Shown here: piece by piece, positions 11,571 to 23,920 of the stretch
How the letters are laid out: the number at the start of each line of letters is the position of its first letter
How positions within the stretch are numbered: the stretch's first letter is position 1
From: Raja brachyura
Lineage: Eukaryota
Direction of reading: 5' to 3'
NCBI GenBank assembly: GCA_963514005.1
Contig: OY740820.1
Location: 18,042,001-18,106,000 of the forward strand
DNA length: 64,000 nucleotides
The notes under the pieces: model-generated
Database searches by the model: none
Told to the model about the DNA's origin: nothing
The model's input: the letters and a program-made list of their open reading frames with translations, nothing else
Position numbers and translations under genes: made by a program

Positions 11571-11917
11571 TGAATTCTAAGCAGTGGTCAGCAGTGTTAT
11601 GGCCTGGTGCAGAATAATGGGGAGATCTGTAGGATGTAACTCTAAAGGTACTTAACTAATTTTAATAAAAATCTGAGAATGTTATATGCTCATTATCCAG
11701 GTGTTAACTCTGAATTGCCCTTGCATCTTTGGGGACCATGAGCCATGAATATTTAGTTTTGAGATACAGCATGGAAACAGGCCCTTCGCCCACCAAGTCT
11801 ATTCCAACCATTGTTCCTTCACACTTGTTCCATGTAATCCAACTTTTGCATCCACTCCTACACACTAGAGGCAATTTACAGAGGTCATTAAAAAGAGTAA
11901 GGGTGAGGGTGAGGTAA

Positions 11918-12092
11918 GGGTGATGTTTCGGGTCGAGACCCTTCTTCAGACTAGAGTCTGAAGAAAGGTCTCGACCCGAAACGTCAGCCATTCATTCCTT
12001 CACTCCAGAAATGCTGCCTGTCCCGCTGGATTACTCCAGCTTTTTGTGTCTGTCTTTGGTTTAAGCCAACATCTACAATTCCTTCCTACACA
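11918..12092. mobile_element. Penelope-derived short element with back-to-back hammerhead motifs (11922-11949 minus, 11958-11985 plus)
   Basis: gatgtttcgggtcgagacccttcttcag-actagagt-ctgaagaaaggtctcgacccgaaacgtc palindrome followed by pLTR-type tail. Confidence 0.8.
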
Positions 12093-12110
12093 TGTGTTTT
12101 CCCCTCTCAG

Positions 12111-12266
12111 GTTAATGAAATTGCTTTCATCAACACACTAGAAGCGCAGAACAAGCGTCACGATGTTCTTGCAAAAGTAAAAGAGTATGAACAGCGGCTG
12201 AATGAATTGCAAGAAGAAAGGCATCGTCGGCAAGAAGAGAAGCAAGCACGTGATGAGGCCGTGCAG
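12111..12266 (+). CDS. SCAPER: SCAPER internal exon (VNEIAFINTLEAQNKRHDVLAKVKEYEQRLNELQEERHRRQEEKQARDEAVQ)
   Basis: ttttcccctctcAG acceptor, CAG|GTGAGG donor; 156 nt; hallmark VNEIAFINTLEAQNKRHD. Confidence 0.96.
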
Positions 12267-13259
12267 GTGAGGCCTACAGATAAATGAGACTATGAGGCTT
12301 CTGTGAAGGTTCAGATTGAAGTTAAAGACTCCATAATATCTGATGCACAAAGGGATCTTCTCTACCCCCAAGAAGTGGATGCTAGTGTTGAAACGTACTT
12401 TCTAAAGAACTTGTATAACAATAATAATTGTACTTGAAAATTATTTACTGAAATATTTTAACGTTTTTTCAGCTTTGTACGTTGTTACAATATTAGACTC
12501 TCTTCATAGTTTGGCATAATCAGTATTGATCATCATATGGAATTTGTTGTCATCTCACTTAATGATTCTTATGGACATCAAATGTAAATATTGTTCCCGC
12601 TCCTCCCCCCCACAGTCTAAAGAAGGGTCTCGACCCGAAACGTCGCCTATTCCTTCGCTCCATTGATGCTGCCTCACCCGCTGAGTTTCTCCAGCTTTTT
12701 TTGTCTACCTTCCATATATAGATATAATCAGTTCATACTCGAGGGCAGGAGATTGAGCATAGGGGAAGATACAGAGTGCAGAATATAGTTCTCAGCATTG
12801 CAGTGCATCAATTCCATGGACAAAATCCAACTAAAACAATGGGGTAGAGGTGAATCGATCATTGCCCAAGCTTATGGGAGGTTTGTTCAGAAGCCCAATA
12901 ACAGAGGGAAAGCAGCTGTTCCTATATTTGGTGGCGCTTACTTTGGTGGTGCAAAAATTGATTGCATCTCTGGTGGCATAATGTAGCCATGAATGATCCT
13001 GAATGTTATCGAATGACTGGCAATAAAATTAGGTTTGTGGCCAGGTGGAAAAGTCGCTGACTGCAGTTTCAGATGAATGAATAAATGTTTGATTAATTTG
13101 TGGAAAGCAGCTAGCATTGTGGATTATGCAATACTGGCATTGTGGATATGGCAAAAGCATATGAATATCGGAAATATGTTATATGTAGTATTTTTGTTGT
13201 TGTTGATATTACTGCTTTAGATGATAAAATAAAATCTGAATACAAATGTCTGAATGCAG

Positions 13260-13402
13260 GAACGCAAACGAGCGCTGGAGGCAGAACGTCAGGCTCGTGT
13301 GGAGGAACTGTTGTTGAAACGAAGGGAACAGGAGGCGCGAGTTGAACAACAACGACAAGAGAAAGAGAGAGCAAGAGAAGATGCTGCTCGTGAAAGGGCC
13401 AG
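13260..13402 (+). CDS. SCAPER: SCAPER internal exon (ERKRALEAERQARVEELLLKRREQEARVEQQRQEKERAREDAARERAR)
   Basis: tgaatgcAG acceptor, CAG|GTTTGC donor; 143 nt, phase 0 to 2. Confidence 0.94.
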
Positions 13403-13549
13403 GTTTGCAAACTTCACAAACTGATTAATGCGCAGCTCTCCAAGGCCAATTAGTTTAACACAAACAGCTCCTGATTAAAATACTCCAGATTCCAATAAAA
13501 TGGCCTCACTGCCAGCAACATGTGGGTCAGGAGATTGGTTAGTTCCTGT

Positions 13550-13853
13550 GGTGGCACAATGGCACAGAGGTAGAGTTGTTGCCTTACAGCACTTGCAGCG
13601 CCAGAGACGCTGGTTTAATCCTGGCTGCAGAGTTTGTACATTCTCCCTATGACCTGCGTGGATTTTCTCTGAGATCCTCAGTTTCCTCCTACACTCCAAA
13701 GTCGTACAGGTTTGTAGGTTAATTGGCTTGGTATAAATGTAAAAAATGTCCCTGGTGTAGGATGGTGTTAATGTGTGGGGTTCGCTGACGGTGTGGACTT
13801 GGTGGGCCAAAGGGCATGTTTCCGCTCTGTATCTCCAAACTAAACTAAACTAA
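13550..13853 (+). mobile_element. HE1/V-SINE-like element, followed directly by a Penelope-derived short element (13854-13950)
   Basis: Same family as 9970-10267; (CTAAA)n tail interrupted by gtctgaagaagggtctcgacccgaaac and resumed at ~13950. Confidence 0.85.
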
Positions 13854-14438
13854 GTCTGAAGAAGGGTCTCGACCCGAAACATCGCCTATCTCCTTCGCTC
13901 CTTAGATGCTGCTGCACCCGCTGAGTTTCTCCAGCTTTTTGTGTAACCCTAAACTAAACTAAACTGGCTCAGAGGCACAGGAACAGGTATTCCCTGTTTC
14001 AGACTGCAATTCAATTATGGTTGCTGGAAGCTGTGGATGGTGGGGCAGGTTTAGTGATGATGCCACTTTGCTGTGGTACCTTACTGTTGTCCATTGGACA
14101 ATCGAGCAAACCATTAAAAGTTTATAATCCTAGATCCCTACTAACGTAACTATAAATGCACCCTATTTTGAAATATTTAGTATATTTACTAGTAATCAGT
14201 ACTGACGGGGCAGTGTGGTCCTTGTGTGCTTACTCTCAAAGTAGGTTGAGGATGATCAGATAACAGATCATTCTAAAAAGCATATATTTTCACTTTTTGT
14301 GACTTATTTAAATCTTGCTCCTCTGAACACTAAGCCTCCCCATATCTTCCCACAATAGCAATTCAGGAAAAAAAAGTATATCCTGCCACTTTTCTTACAT
14401 ACTTGTTCATTTCCTGATGATTGCTACTCCTTTGGCAG

Positions 14439-14520
14439 GGAGCGAGAGGAGAGATTAGCGGCCCTCAGCGCAGCACAACAAGAAGCTATGGAGGAACTGC
14501 AGAAGAAAATACAGATGAAG
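14439..14520 (+). CDS. SCAPER: SCAPER internal exon (EREERLAALSAAQQEAMEELQKKIQMK)
   Basis: ctcctttggcAG acceptor, AAG|GTATGA donor; 82 nt, phase 2 to 0. Confidence 0.95.
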
Positions 14521-15154
14521 GTATGACATAATGGAGTACTCGTTGTTGATCTTCACAATCATTCATAAATAAGGTTTACAAGCATTATAGTTTGTATTTG
14601 ATAAGTGTACAATCACCAGATATTAAAGACTTGAGGTTTGAGATTTGCTTCTCAGTGGCAATCCTGAAAAAGGGTACGCAGTATGTAACATCAAGTTGAT
14701 GGCTGACCATGGTAAGGATATCCAAAACAAGAGAGCATGGGATTAAGTGGGAAGAATTAGTTTTGAAGAGGATTTGAGGTGAAAGTTTTATTTAACAGAG
14801 TGTTCATTTCTGGAACTCGCTGCCAGAGGAGGTGATAGTTACAATGTTTAAAAAGCATTTAGCACTTGAATGGACATTGAGGAACACAACCTAATGTTGG
14901 TAAATAGGGTTTGTGTCAATAGACAGTAAAGTTAGCAAGGCCCCAAAGTACTATTCAACTCTATAACTAATTAGGTTGGATTTTATAGATTGATTTGTGT
15001 AACATGTAAACCAGACGCAGGACCAAATAAATGCTTCTGATTTAGCAAGCAAATAACTTCCAAGAAAGCACTGGAGTTTAAATTTGATCAAAACTGCAAA
15101 GTGTTGTGCTGTTTGTAATCGGTGACTTCCCCACCTATTTTGCCTTTTATTCAG

Positions 15155-15307
15155 CATGATGAAAGCAGTCGGAGGCACATGGAGCAGATAGAACAACGAA
15201 AAGAAAAAGCAGCTGAGCTCAGCAGTGGGAGACATGCTAATACTGACTACGCCCCCAAACTAATTCCTTACGAACGGAAAAAGCACTGTTCACTCTGCAA
15301 TGTGTTG
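15155..15307 (+). CDS. SCAPER: SCAPER internal exon (HDESSRRHMEQIEQRKEKAAELSSGRHANTDYAPKLIPYERKKHCSLCNVL), first half of C2H2 zinc finger
   Basis: ccttttattcAG acceptor, TTG|GTAGGT donor; 153 nt; CxxC motif. Confidence 0.96.
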
Positions 15308-15414
15308 GTAGGTTCAAATAGTGGATATTGTTTTGTATTTTTAAACTGCATAAAGAAATACTGTAACTATGAATTATCTTTGACAGGTGGATGATGTTTG
15401 AAGACGTGTTTGAA

Positions 15415-15891
15415 GGGTGGTGAATCTGGAATTCATTGCCACAGACAGCTGTGGAGGCCAAATGATAGGGTATTTGTAAAGCAGAGATTGATAGATGCTT
15501 GATCAGTAAGGGCATCAAAGGTTCCAGGGAGAAGGCAGGAGAATAGGGCGGCATGGTGGTGCAGCAGTAGAGTTGCTGCCTTACAGGTCTTTCAGCGCCA
15601 GAGACTGCAGGTTTGATCGCGACTACGGGTGCTGTCTGTACGAAGTTTGTACATTTCCTCGTGACCTTGCGGGTTTTCTCTGAGATCTACCACACTCCAA
15701 AGACGTACAGGTTTGTAGGTTAATTGGCTTGGTATAAAAGTAAGGGCATGAAGGGCCTATTTCTACGCTGTATCTCTAAACTCAACTAAATGGGGTTGAG
15801 AGGGATAAAATAGATCAGCCATGATTGAATGGTGGAACAGATTTGATGGGCAGAATGGCCTAATTCTGTTTCTATGTCATATGGTCTTATG
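15415..15891 (+). mobile_element. CR1 3' fragment with nested HE1-like SINE (~15546-15790)
   Basis: CR1 motif gagaaggcaggagaat...ggggttgag is split by SINE sequence ggcggcatggtggtgcagc...ctaaactcaactaa. Confidence 0.8.
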
Positions 15892-16405
15892 GCCTTAATT
15901 TCCAAGTTCCAATTCCCAAATCTTGATTCCTATGTAAAATTAGGAGGGTTTAAAAGAATGGAGTTGAAACTTCAAGATTTGTAATAGATAACTAAATTAA
16001 GCATATTTCGCACTGAGGTGAAATGGACAAATGTATCAAAGTTTGTTTAAAGGTAAAAGTCTGAGGAACGTTTTGACGACTTCTGGTTTGTGCAATATTT
16101 TAATCCCTGACAAAAAATGACTGATTTGAGGGCGATTTCTGGACAGAAATGATTGAGAGGTAGCGATAGGCGAGTTACTAACTGAGGTTAGGAACGTATT
16201 AATCATTCTTCTGTTTTTAAAAACATCTACATGTTTCTCAACAACTGCAAAATAAGTATGTGGTGGATGTAAAGTGGGAAAAGGTGGCAAGTTGACTATT
16301 TTTCAGATGTGATAGTGACCTTTGTGAAGACCCTATTCCTGTCATAATCAGCAAGAAACTAAGAAGAGTCAGTGAGCCTAACTGTTTTCACTTTCTCTTT
16401 CAAAG

Positions 16406-16513
16406 ATAACTTCTGAGGTCTACCTCTTCAGCCACATCAAGGGAAGAAAACACCAGCAAGCTGTACGGGAGAACAGCAGCATCCAGGGACGAGAGTTGTC
16501 AGATGAAGAAGTG
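16406..16513 (+). CDS. SCAPER: SCAPER internal exon (ITSEVYLFSHIKGRKHQQAVRENSSIQGRELSDEEV), second half of C2H2 zinc finger
   Basis: tttctctttcaaAG acceptor, GTG|GTAAGT donor; 108 nt; HxxGxxH of a U1/matrin-type finger. Confidence 0.96.
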
Positions 16514-16942
16514 GTAAGTTTTACTAGTAAGCTATTTGTTTACCATTTATTACTCACATTCGTTACTTGTACATTTCTTAACCATAAGCCTGCTGAAATC
16601 AGTTCAATTGTTCCCTACATGACTCACCTTGAATGTAATATCTCTGACATTTCAACTTAGAAATGCTAGATTCTGGAAAAGCTTACTGTTTATGCTTTTT
16701 TTCCTTCTTTTACTATATTTTGTCAGTATTTGGTGATCCTAATGTGTATGAAATGTTAAGAGCTGAAAATAAATTCCTAAATTTGGCTTCTGGTCATTAA
16801 ATTAATGTTAACAAGGGTAATGGCAGCGATATTTCAATCGATGTCAGGCTGGTGAGCAAGAGAGATGAAAAAACAGTTTCTGCGTGTGCTTGCAACTCGT
16901 AAGGTAGGGGTTGTGGGCATCTGACTGTGTGTGAAGGTGTAA

Positions 16943-17637
16943 AGGCCCTGTCCCACTTGCGTGTCCTTGGCACGCACATTACGCGACCTCGTCGTCGCGT
17001 TGAGGTGCACGGGCATCGTGTGGCCACGCGGGGCTGGTCCCACTGAGAAGCGCGGAGGTGTATGTGGTTGTGCGCGATATCGCGCGGCACTCGGAAATTT
17101 AGAAGCGAACAAAAGCTACGCGTGCCACCGGCCTGTCGTGTAACTGACGGCCAAAGTGGGACAGGCCCAAGACCCTGGCGCGGCGCAACATCTCACCTCC
17201 AACAGCAGCAGAAGCAGGCAAACGATCGTCGAACTCAGCCTGGGGCTCACGGCCGTTGTGGTCCAGATCCGCCCCCACTTCTACTCCCAGAGCAGGGCCA
17301 AGAAAATTGAAGATAGACACAAAATGCTGGAGTAACTCGGCGGGACCGGCAGCTTCTCTGGAGAGAAGGAATGGATGACGTTTCGGGTCAAGATCCTTCT
17401 TTCAGACTGAAGAAGAGTCTCGACCTGAAACATCATCCATTCTTTCTCTCCAGAGATGCTGCCAGTCCCGCTGAGTTACTCTTGCAATTTGTGTCCATCC
17501 TCAAATGACGTCACATGCTTCAGACGGCTGTGCGGACGCATGAAATCTCGTGCGACCTTCGCGGGACCGTCGCGCCTCAACGCGACCACGAGGTTGCGTA
17601 ATTAGCGTGCCAAAGACGGATAAGTGGGACATGGACT
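16943..17637. mobile_element. Harbinger-like MITE containing a nested palindromic Penelope-derived element (~17309-17503)
   Basis: TAA|AGGCCCTGTCCCACTT ... AAGTGGGACATGGACT|TAA, long complementary arms, extra internal TIR at ~17154-17168. Confidence 0.85.
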
Positions 17638-19486
17638 TAAATTAATCTGGATCACACTTCCCCATGCTGCACCAGGTTTGGTACAACATGGCAGCAAATG
17701 CCCACGAGTCCACGGGCAAGGCAGAAGAGTTTTCCTGAGGAGATGGGAGAAACAAAACAATGCAAGAATTGGCAAGGTATTTAGATCATGGGAAATTAGA
17801 ATTGCAGGCATTGAATTACTGGAGATTGAGTTGTCAGTATGCTGGTTGGAAAGGCAGCCACTAACTTTGCTTAATTAGCAATCTGGGGTTAGAGGAATAG
17901 CAGACAGAGGAATCGGAACTTTGTGGCTGATCTGCCTATTGCTGTATGACAGTGAAATGAGACTATATACAACTGCCTAGAAAGTCAATATAGTCATAGC
18001 GTCATACAGCATGAAACCAGCCCTTCGGCCCAACTTTCCCACTCAGACCAAGATGTCCCATCTACACTTGTCCCATGTTAATTAAGGAATTATTGCCCTA
18101 TTAAAGGAATGCCCATATTACCAAAGGATATATATAGACAGAGGTACCATGAACCAAAAGATTAGTAAGATACATTGTTAGCAGGTTAAAGAAAAGGGCA
18201 CAAAGTGTTGGAGTAATTCAGTTCTCCAAACATTCTTGGAGAACATGGAAAGATGTTGTTTTGGGTCGAGACTCTTCTTCACACAGGTTAGTTATGTTTA
18301 TTATTGCCGAGGTCGTGTGAAATACTTTGTTGAAGGGATGTGAAAGCGGTTGACATTATTTGCAACATATAAGAAACTTCAGTTCCTTTACAAAGGCAGA
18401 AGGGATTGATGACATTGGCTGTGGGTACGGACGAGTCACCAATAATTATCAGTGGTTTCAACAGCTGTATAGTATATGCCAGCACCAGAATTTTGGATCA
18501 TCAGACATCACTGACCAATTGCATGTGGTCGACTCTTTTCTTGGCAGAGTTGGCTTACGTAGCCACCAACATCAATACAAAATGGTAAATGGTTTTGCCA
18601 AAGTTTGAAAGTTGTTTCAAGTAGTCTAGATTAAAGATGGCAACCACATAAAATCATACAGCATGGAAACTGGCCCTTTGGCCCTAATTCCCCATGCCAA
18701 CCAAGATGCCCAATCTATGCTAGTTCAACCTACCCGCATTTGGCCTCAGACCTTTCCTATCCATGTACCTGTCCAAATGTATTTTAAAGTCCAAACGCCC
18801 TGTATAAAAAGTTTACCGCATTGGATGAGGGAAGCATTTCTTGTCAGCTTATTAATGTACTGTACGTATATATCTCCCATGTGAATTTAAAAAAAATGAC
18901 CTAACTAAATTAATGGACATCTTTTGCTTTCCTAGCTTGTAAAATATAATTGATCAGACAACTTAGACTAAATGAAATGAATTACACACAGTATGATGCT
19001 GACCATATGTGTATATTTAATACGATACATGAATGAAAAAGAGTAGTACATTCATATACCCACTTAGCAGACACTACAAACGTAATTCATTGTCTGAAGT
19101 GCTGTAAGATGTGGCATGATAAGGTACAATATGAACACAAGATTTTTTTAATTAATTTTTATTGCACAGTGGAATATAATTTTATTTCAGTTTCTCATGA
19201 AGTATTCACTTTATATATAAACTGAAATCTCTACATAAGTAATGTCGAGGTTAATTATTTCTAATAAAGATTTAAATAAAGGCCATTTTTATACAATTTA
19301 GCTTCTGTATTTAGTTTCACCATGTAGAAATTATAGCAGTGTTTATAATTTCCTGGGAAGTTAAAATGCAAGTTAAGCACAAATAAATGCCTCTGCAAGC
19401 AAAGGTGACATTGTTCCTCCTTAATAGAATCACTGATAATTTACCACATTAAAAGTTTATGGGTTCAGCTGCTGCAGCTGAACTTA

Positions 19487-19642
19487 AGGACCTGTCCTAC
19501 TTGGGCGTCATTTGCGCGTCACACAGGTGGCGCGCGAAAATTTTGTGAATCTCAAAATCCTGGGGTTGCCGCGCGTGCGTCGTGACGCGTATATGATGTC
19601 TCGTAAATGACATGCAAATGACGCCCAAGTGGGACAGGCCCT
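19487..19642. mobile_element. Harbinger-like MITE (156 bp)
   Basis: TTA|AGGACCTGTCCTACTTGGGCGTCATTTGC ... GCAAATGACGCCCAAGTGGGACAGGCCCT|TTA; TTA TSD. Confidence 0.88.
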
Positions 19643-22562
19643 TTAAACACCTCATCTCAGAAGACACTGCTGAGAAGTACTGAGGGGGTGCTGCAGTGTC
19701 AGAGACACAATACTTTGGATGAATAGTGAATGCTATATTTTGATTTCTTTAAAAAAGGATCTCATTCAAATCCTTCATCAGTTTTAAATATCAAGTATCA
19801 TTTTTAGTGTATTTTAGTCGTATTGTAAGAAAAAACATGCTGATGGAGATCATTAATTTCTCAAACAAGAATAAATTCTGGTCCAAGGCATAAAAATGAC
19901 ATAGCTCATCTCCTACTGTTTAAGTGAAACATCATCTATATTTCAAATAGACTGAATATATGAAAATCTGAAGAAGGGACCACACCCAAAACATCACCTA
20001 TATATTTTCCCCCGAAATGCTGCCTGACCCAACATTTTGTGTCCATCATTGGTGTAAACCAGCATTTGCAGTTCCTTTTTTATTATTAGAGTGAATTTTT
20101 GCATGGTTGCATGGTATAATATTCAAGCTAGTAACATGTTTTTGGTTCAAACTGGACAAGGGAAAGTTTCAATCAATTGCAAAACTTCCTGGCGATTTTT
20201 CCTGACGGAAACATTTCTTTACAACTAATATCCTGAAAATGGGTCTGGTAGAAGCAATGATGGAAATCTTGACTTCTAACCGTCTTGTTTCTGTTCATTC
20301 GTTTTATTTAATATCGTTTCTGTGACAATAATATGCAGCTTTCATTGTTATTTCTCTATTACCACCTGCAAATTTACACTCTTCAAATCTGTACTCTTGA
20401 ACCTTACAATTGGTAGCCTTGCTTTTCAGCTGTCTCAATCCTAAAATCCCCTTTGAAAACTTAGCTGTGAAAGAGCTTCAGTGATGTGCACTATATTAAT
20501 ATGTTGTTGTTGTTTTGTGGATCTGATCTGAAATTGTTCATGCACCACGTTATTTTCCATTGAAGTGAATATTAACAAGTTTTGTAAAAAAGACAATTTT
20601 CTAAGAAATGATATCCAAACTCTTTATTTAAGTATAAAAGCCATTGACCTCATTTGAAATGGATCCCATTATTTCAACCTGAATACTGGTTGTGACAGCG
20701 GCCAAGATTATCTGTAGCCTTTTTACGTTCAGATATCAAAAAATATATAGAATTACTTATGTTTAGAACTTCAACTGAAGCTCCATATTCATTACATGAA
20801 ATATGAATACATAAGCTCTTGAAAAGGAGTTGTAAATGAGGTAAACTATTCATGATAGATTAGTATAACCTAGATGGGCAACAATCCTCTGGAGTCTGAG
20901 TTTCTAATCTCACCTTTTCATTAGGTGGGAAGGTGGGAAAGTAAGGTGAAAGAGAGTACTGAAAGAAAGGCGGTTGTCACCGATTTGAGGGAGGAGGGGA
21001 GAGGATTGGAAACTGGAGCACATGCTTGGTGTCCAGTTCTGTTATGATATTAAGATGGCAGTTTTATTCATGATGGGATGGCGGGTTGGCAATGGCTGAG
21101 ATTAAGAAGGGAGAGGACTTGGTGTTGGTCAGAATATGGGCAGCTGGGTTTTGTGCAGGGTTAGGTTTGACTACGAAGGGAGATGGTAATCTGGCCAGGA
21201 GATGATTGGAATGGAGATGCAATAATGGCAGAAACTGGCATCGTCATTAAAACACAATGTGTTGGTGGAACTTCCAGTGCTGGGTTTTGAGATGATTAGA
21301 ATGATTGAGTGTGAAGATAGAAAAGCCAGGATGCATGTTTCAATAGCAGGTAAACCAAGTATGTTTTGACTTCAGGTATTAACAATTATGTTGAGTGATG
21401 CTAGGCTCTAGCAAATGATAGCAAATTGACACTTTAATTTGTCTGTTTTCTATGTCATTTAAAATGTCAAAAGTCAGTTGGTTTATTAATCTGCTGCTGA
21501 GTGAAAGAGTTTAATGAAAATATTTGCCATATTGGTTTGAAAAGTCAAACCTGCAAGTTTAGACTTACTGGTATTTAATCTGTTCGATGTGATAATCCAG
21601 CACTTTGATCTGAACCTTTGAGATTTGACACTAGTGTCTGAATCGAGGTGTCATGACCACACTGTTTTCCTTATGAATTCTTAAGGATGAATTGTGATAT
21701 TTTGCTGAAGCCTCACAACATGAAAGGTGAGAACGCTGAGAAATACTTGTAACAATGCTCATTCGGTGGTGCTAGAAAGAGAGATCAGCACCCCCTCCCT
21801 TTTCCTTCTCTCCCTCGTCAGTGTCGATAGGTCCGATCTGTACTGGAAACTGTTGAATGACAATTGATTACGCTTGTTGAACTTCTGATGCTGTCCAAGT
21901 CCTGCATAAAAGGGCAGGTTATAATAAGGAAATGTGTATCTGAACAGGCATCAGGGATGCTGGCTTCTGCCCTCATTCATCCTCATTTCGCCACACCCAA
22001 CCTTATTTGAAGGACTGCTTGTAATTGTCATGCAGTAGCAGTGGGACAGCTGGCTGACTTGTCATTTTATATCTGAAGGTCTGTTACTGATGGGTGTCGG
22101 TTTCAGAGACAGGGATTAAGTTTGTTTTGTTCACTTTAGACAGGATTGTCAAGTGTGAATAGATTATAGCTGTGATGACATCTTGAATCCGTTTCACAGC
22201 TGCAGGTGGATAGGGAGGTTTTATTTCATTTCCGCAAGTCCAACGCTGTGGCTAGCATATACGCTTGTCTACTTCAGTGGTGTTGCATTCGGATTGAACA
22301 CCAGAATTTGGCTTAGTTAAAAATAAACCAGATTTTGTAAATATTAGCTGGGAAGTAAACGGGATTTTCAAATTATTAGACAATAGACAATAGGTGCAGG
22401 AGTAGGCCATTCTGCCCTTCGAGCCAGCACCGCCATTCACCGTGATCATGGCTGATCACAGTATTGTAATTAAAAAATTGGGATCGAGCTTTACGAGTAA
22501 CTCATAGGACAAACGAAAGTATTACTTTTGTTTGTTCTACGAGTTACTCCTAAAGCTCAATA

Positions 22563-22835
22563 AAGTTTAGTTTAGAAATACAGCACATAATTAGGTCCTT
22601 CGGCCCACTGAGTCCGCGTCGACCAGCGATTCCCGCATATTAACATTATCCTATACACAAGGGACTACAAACTTGTGAGCCTTAGTAGTGTGGGAGGAAA
22701 CCAAAGGTCTTGGAGAAAACCTACGAAGTCACGGGGAGAACGTACAAACTTCGTACATACAGCACCCGTAGTCAGGATCAAACCCAGGTCTCCAGCGCTG
22801 TAAGGAAGCAACTCTACCGCTGTGCCACCGTGCCA
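22563..22835 (-). mobile_element. HE1/V-SINE-like element
   Basis: Same family motifs as 9970-10267. Confidence 0.85.
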
Positions 22836-23404
22836 CACTTTTATCAGTCGGGATCTCACCCATTGCTATTTGTTTCTTAATCCAGATTGCTGTGTTGGAA
22901 GTTTCTCCCCTCCTCCAGTTACCGGTTCACCGTGTGAAATATGTTCAACCCCTTTTATCACAATCAAGAATTATGATAATTCAGGAATGAAAACGACGAT
23001 AATCAGCCACACTTGGGACTTTGATAGTGTAGAACGAGCAAAAACCTCCGAGCTGTTGGATATTGTGCCTATTAATTCCCAAACATTTTTATCCCACTTA
23101 CATGTTGCATAGTGGTGTATATTTACCGATGAACTTGGTGAGTTTAAAGGCAGCCGGAAATATACTCTAGATCCCAACTACAACCATATTCCTGACTCCA
23201 GGTGTTTCGGAATCCAACCCTGCCTCTGGCCACACAGTCGATCTGGATCCCGCTGGAAAATCAGGATTTCAGAGCAATCGGATGCGAATCATCCTAGTTT
23301 AACTCTTCTCTCATAGCCAAGTCACAGGATTGACTAAGTGAAGTATAAACATTTACTCTGCTGCAGTAAAAGCTGCTGTTCTGAGATGAGTGTGAAAGTG
23401 TGAG

Positions 23405-23920
23405 GCATGTGGAACTGCAGATGCTGGAATCTAAGGCAATGCACAAAGTGCTGGAGGGACGCAGATGGTCAATCGGCATCTGTGGAGGGAATGGACTGGA
23501 GATGTTTTGGGTTGTGACCCTTCTTCAGACCAATAGAGTAGGGGGAGAAAGCTGGAAAAGAGAGGCGGGCGGGACAAAGCCAGGCGAGTGATAGGAGGAT
23601 ACAGATGGAGGTGGTTTTGCTTGGCAGATGGGTGGAGTAAGTGACAGGGCACAGAAGGGTAGATGGAGTGAAATGTAAAGCTAGAGGGAGGGATTTGGGT
23701 GGAAAGCGTGGAGAGACGGGGGGATAAAAGTGGGATGAGAGTATGATGGAGAGTGAAGGGTTGTTTTATTATTTTACAAGTATTAATCAGTCACGTGTAG
23801 GAAGGAACTGCAGATGCTGGTTTAAACTGTGGATGGACACAAAGAGCTGGAGTAACAGATAGCATCTCTGGAGAAGAAGTATAGTTGACGTTTCGGGTCG
23901 AGACCCTTCTTCAGACAGTC
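23405..23920 (-). mobile_element. Two Penelope-derived short elements; intact hammerhead core at 23887-23914
   Basis: ggaactgcagatgctgg ends; gacgtttcgggtcgagacccttcttcag. Confidence 0.75.

Noticed and set aside
19463-19483. Short palindrome GTTCAGCTGCTGCAGCTGAAC next to a MITE
   Set aside because: Too short to distinguish from chance; no other support.
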